DNA from: an uncultured virus (IMG/VR IMGVR_UViG_3300044647_000866)
Lineage: Duplodnaviria > Heunggongvirae > Uroviricota > Caudoviricetes
Length of the DNA: 64,000 nucleotides
Reading direction: 5' to 3' (one strand)
IMG/VR virus record: IMGVR_UViG_3300044647_000866
Shown here: piece by piece, positions 62,883-64,000 of the stretch
Layout of the letters: the number at the start of each line of letters is the position of its first letter
Numbering within the stretch: the first letter of the stretch is position 1
Notes under the pieces: generated by a model
What the model was told of the DNA's origin: nothing
Databases searched by the model: none
The model's input: the letters and a program-made list of their open reading frames with translations, nothing else
Program-made: the position numbers and the translations under genes

Positions 62883-63394
62883 AGATCGGCCCAGCCGCAA
62901 TTAAAGTCATCAAGCACCACGAGGGCGTAAAGTACAGACCGTACCTATGCCCCGCGCACTTGTGGACTGTCGGCGTTGGCCATCTCTTGTATCCGCAGCA
63001 GACTAAGCTTCCGATGCTCAGAACGCCGGAGAACGCCGCAATGATTCTGCGTAAGGAATTTTCCTTACTGCCGGAGGACAATCGTGTCTGGAGTGCTGCT
63101 GAAGTGGACGATCTCCTCTCTCAAGACCTTATGCGTTTTGAGCGTGGAGTGGCCCGTCTTTGCCCTAACTCTCTTAGCAATCAAGGACGGTTTGAAAGTC
63201 TTGTCTCTTTTGCATTCAATGTAGGATTAGGCAATCTTCAGCGAAGTGGGCTTCGCATGAAGAATAATCGTGGGGACTTTGAGGGGGCCGCTGAAGAGTT
63301 CATGAAATGGACTAAAGGCGGTGGTCGCGTGTTACCGGGACTTCTGAAGAGGCGCAGAGACGAACAGGCTTTGTACCTCTCATGTCCAAGCTAG
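62879..63394 (+). CDS. Endolysin, GH24 lysozyme (copy 2)
   Basis: HHEGVKYRPYLCPAHLWTVGVGH, LVSFAFNVG and GLLKRRRDE. Confidence 0.92.
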   Translation: MKIGPAAIKVIKHHEGVKYRPYLCPAHLWTVGVGHLLYPQQTKLPMLRTPENAAMILRKEFSLLPEDNRVWSAAEVDDLLSQDLMRFERGVARLCPNSLSNQGRFESLVSFAFNVGLGNLQRSGLRMKNNRGDFEGAAEEFMKWTKGGGRVLPGLLKRRRDEQALYLSCPS

Positions 63395-63969
63395 ATAAGA
63401 TCGCAGAGGCGGCCAACGCCGTATCGAACCCTCTCTCCGCCGCGAAGACTACGGTGGAGTCTGCTCGTGGCTTGATGAACGAGACCTATGGTCTTGTTGA
63501 AGACGCCCGTGCTATTGCCGCGAAAGAAGCTGCCGTAAGGCAGAAGAAGCGCGACGAAGCAGCGCTGAAGCCGCAGCTCACAAAAGATCGTGTTACGAAA
63601 GTCGTTACAACCCGCGAAGTCAATTCGGCTGTAATCGACTACAACACAAAGACAAGCGCCGCGACTGCTGCAATGAAAGCAGCTCTCATCCGCGAGAAGC
63701 AGCGCGAAGAAGAGCATGCTATGTACTGGTCTATGTCCCAGTCTGAGCGTGCAGAATACGACCGCGCACGCAAAGAGCAGAATGAGAAGATCAAGCAAGA
63801 GCAGCTAAGAATCGTTCGAGAGAAGCGTAAGAAAGACGAAAGGAACGAAGTTATTCTTGCTGTTGTCGTGTCACTGATTATTTTCGTAGGCGGAGTTTAC
63901 GGGATGCTTGCTTGGTTAGCTTATGCTTCCAACAACCAGCCCTTGAAGCAAGCACTTGGCCTTGGGTAA
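63382..63969 (+). CDS. Coiled-coil protein with C-terminal TM segment
   Basis: Charged helical body then VILAVVVSLIIFVGGVYGMLAWLAY. Confidence 0.6.
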   Translation: MSKLDKIAEAANAVSNPLSAAKTTVESARGLMNETYGLVEDARAIAAKEAAVRQKKRDEAALKPQLTKDRVTKVVTTREVNSAVIDYNTKTSAATAAMKAALIREKQREEEHAMYWSMSQSERAEYDRARKEQNEKIKQEQLRIVREKRKKDERNEVILAVVVSLIIFVGGVYGMLAWLAYASNNQPLKQALGLG

Positions 63970-64000
63970 CGCTTTAATAAGGAGGCACTTATGAAAGCCA

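Overview
The whole window is tailed-phage DNA of podovirus type with an N4-gp56/DUF4043-family capsid. Layout: 1-44.7 kb is a + strand virion region (scaffold, small basic proteins, capsid, adaptors, ejection proteins, lysis cassette, tail fibre, nozzle, J-like protein, then a second ejection set ending in a 2804-aa polyvalent protein). 44.7-48.5 kb is a - strand recombination/accessory block. 48.6-54.2 kb is a + strand Cro/replication/Q-like block. 54.4-58.9 kb is a - strand operon ending in an AAA+/vWA pair. 58.9-64 kb holds terS, a phosphoesterase and a second lysis cassette. No large terminase, portal, integrase, tRNA or CRISPR array was recognised. Main observations beyond the ORF track: (1) two type II hammerhead ribozymes sit at gene junctions of the - strand operon; (2) two small genes with their own Shine-Dalgarno sites are overprinted in the +1 frame inside the giant polyvalent gene; (3) the capsid leader carries up to five tandem small pseudoknots; (4) a conserved micro-ORF lies between holin and endolysin in both lysis cassettes; (5) ejection and lysis modules are duplicated, meaning either a mosaic phage or a chimeric assembly. 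All family names come from motif recognition by eye, not database searches.
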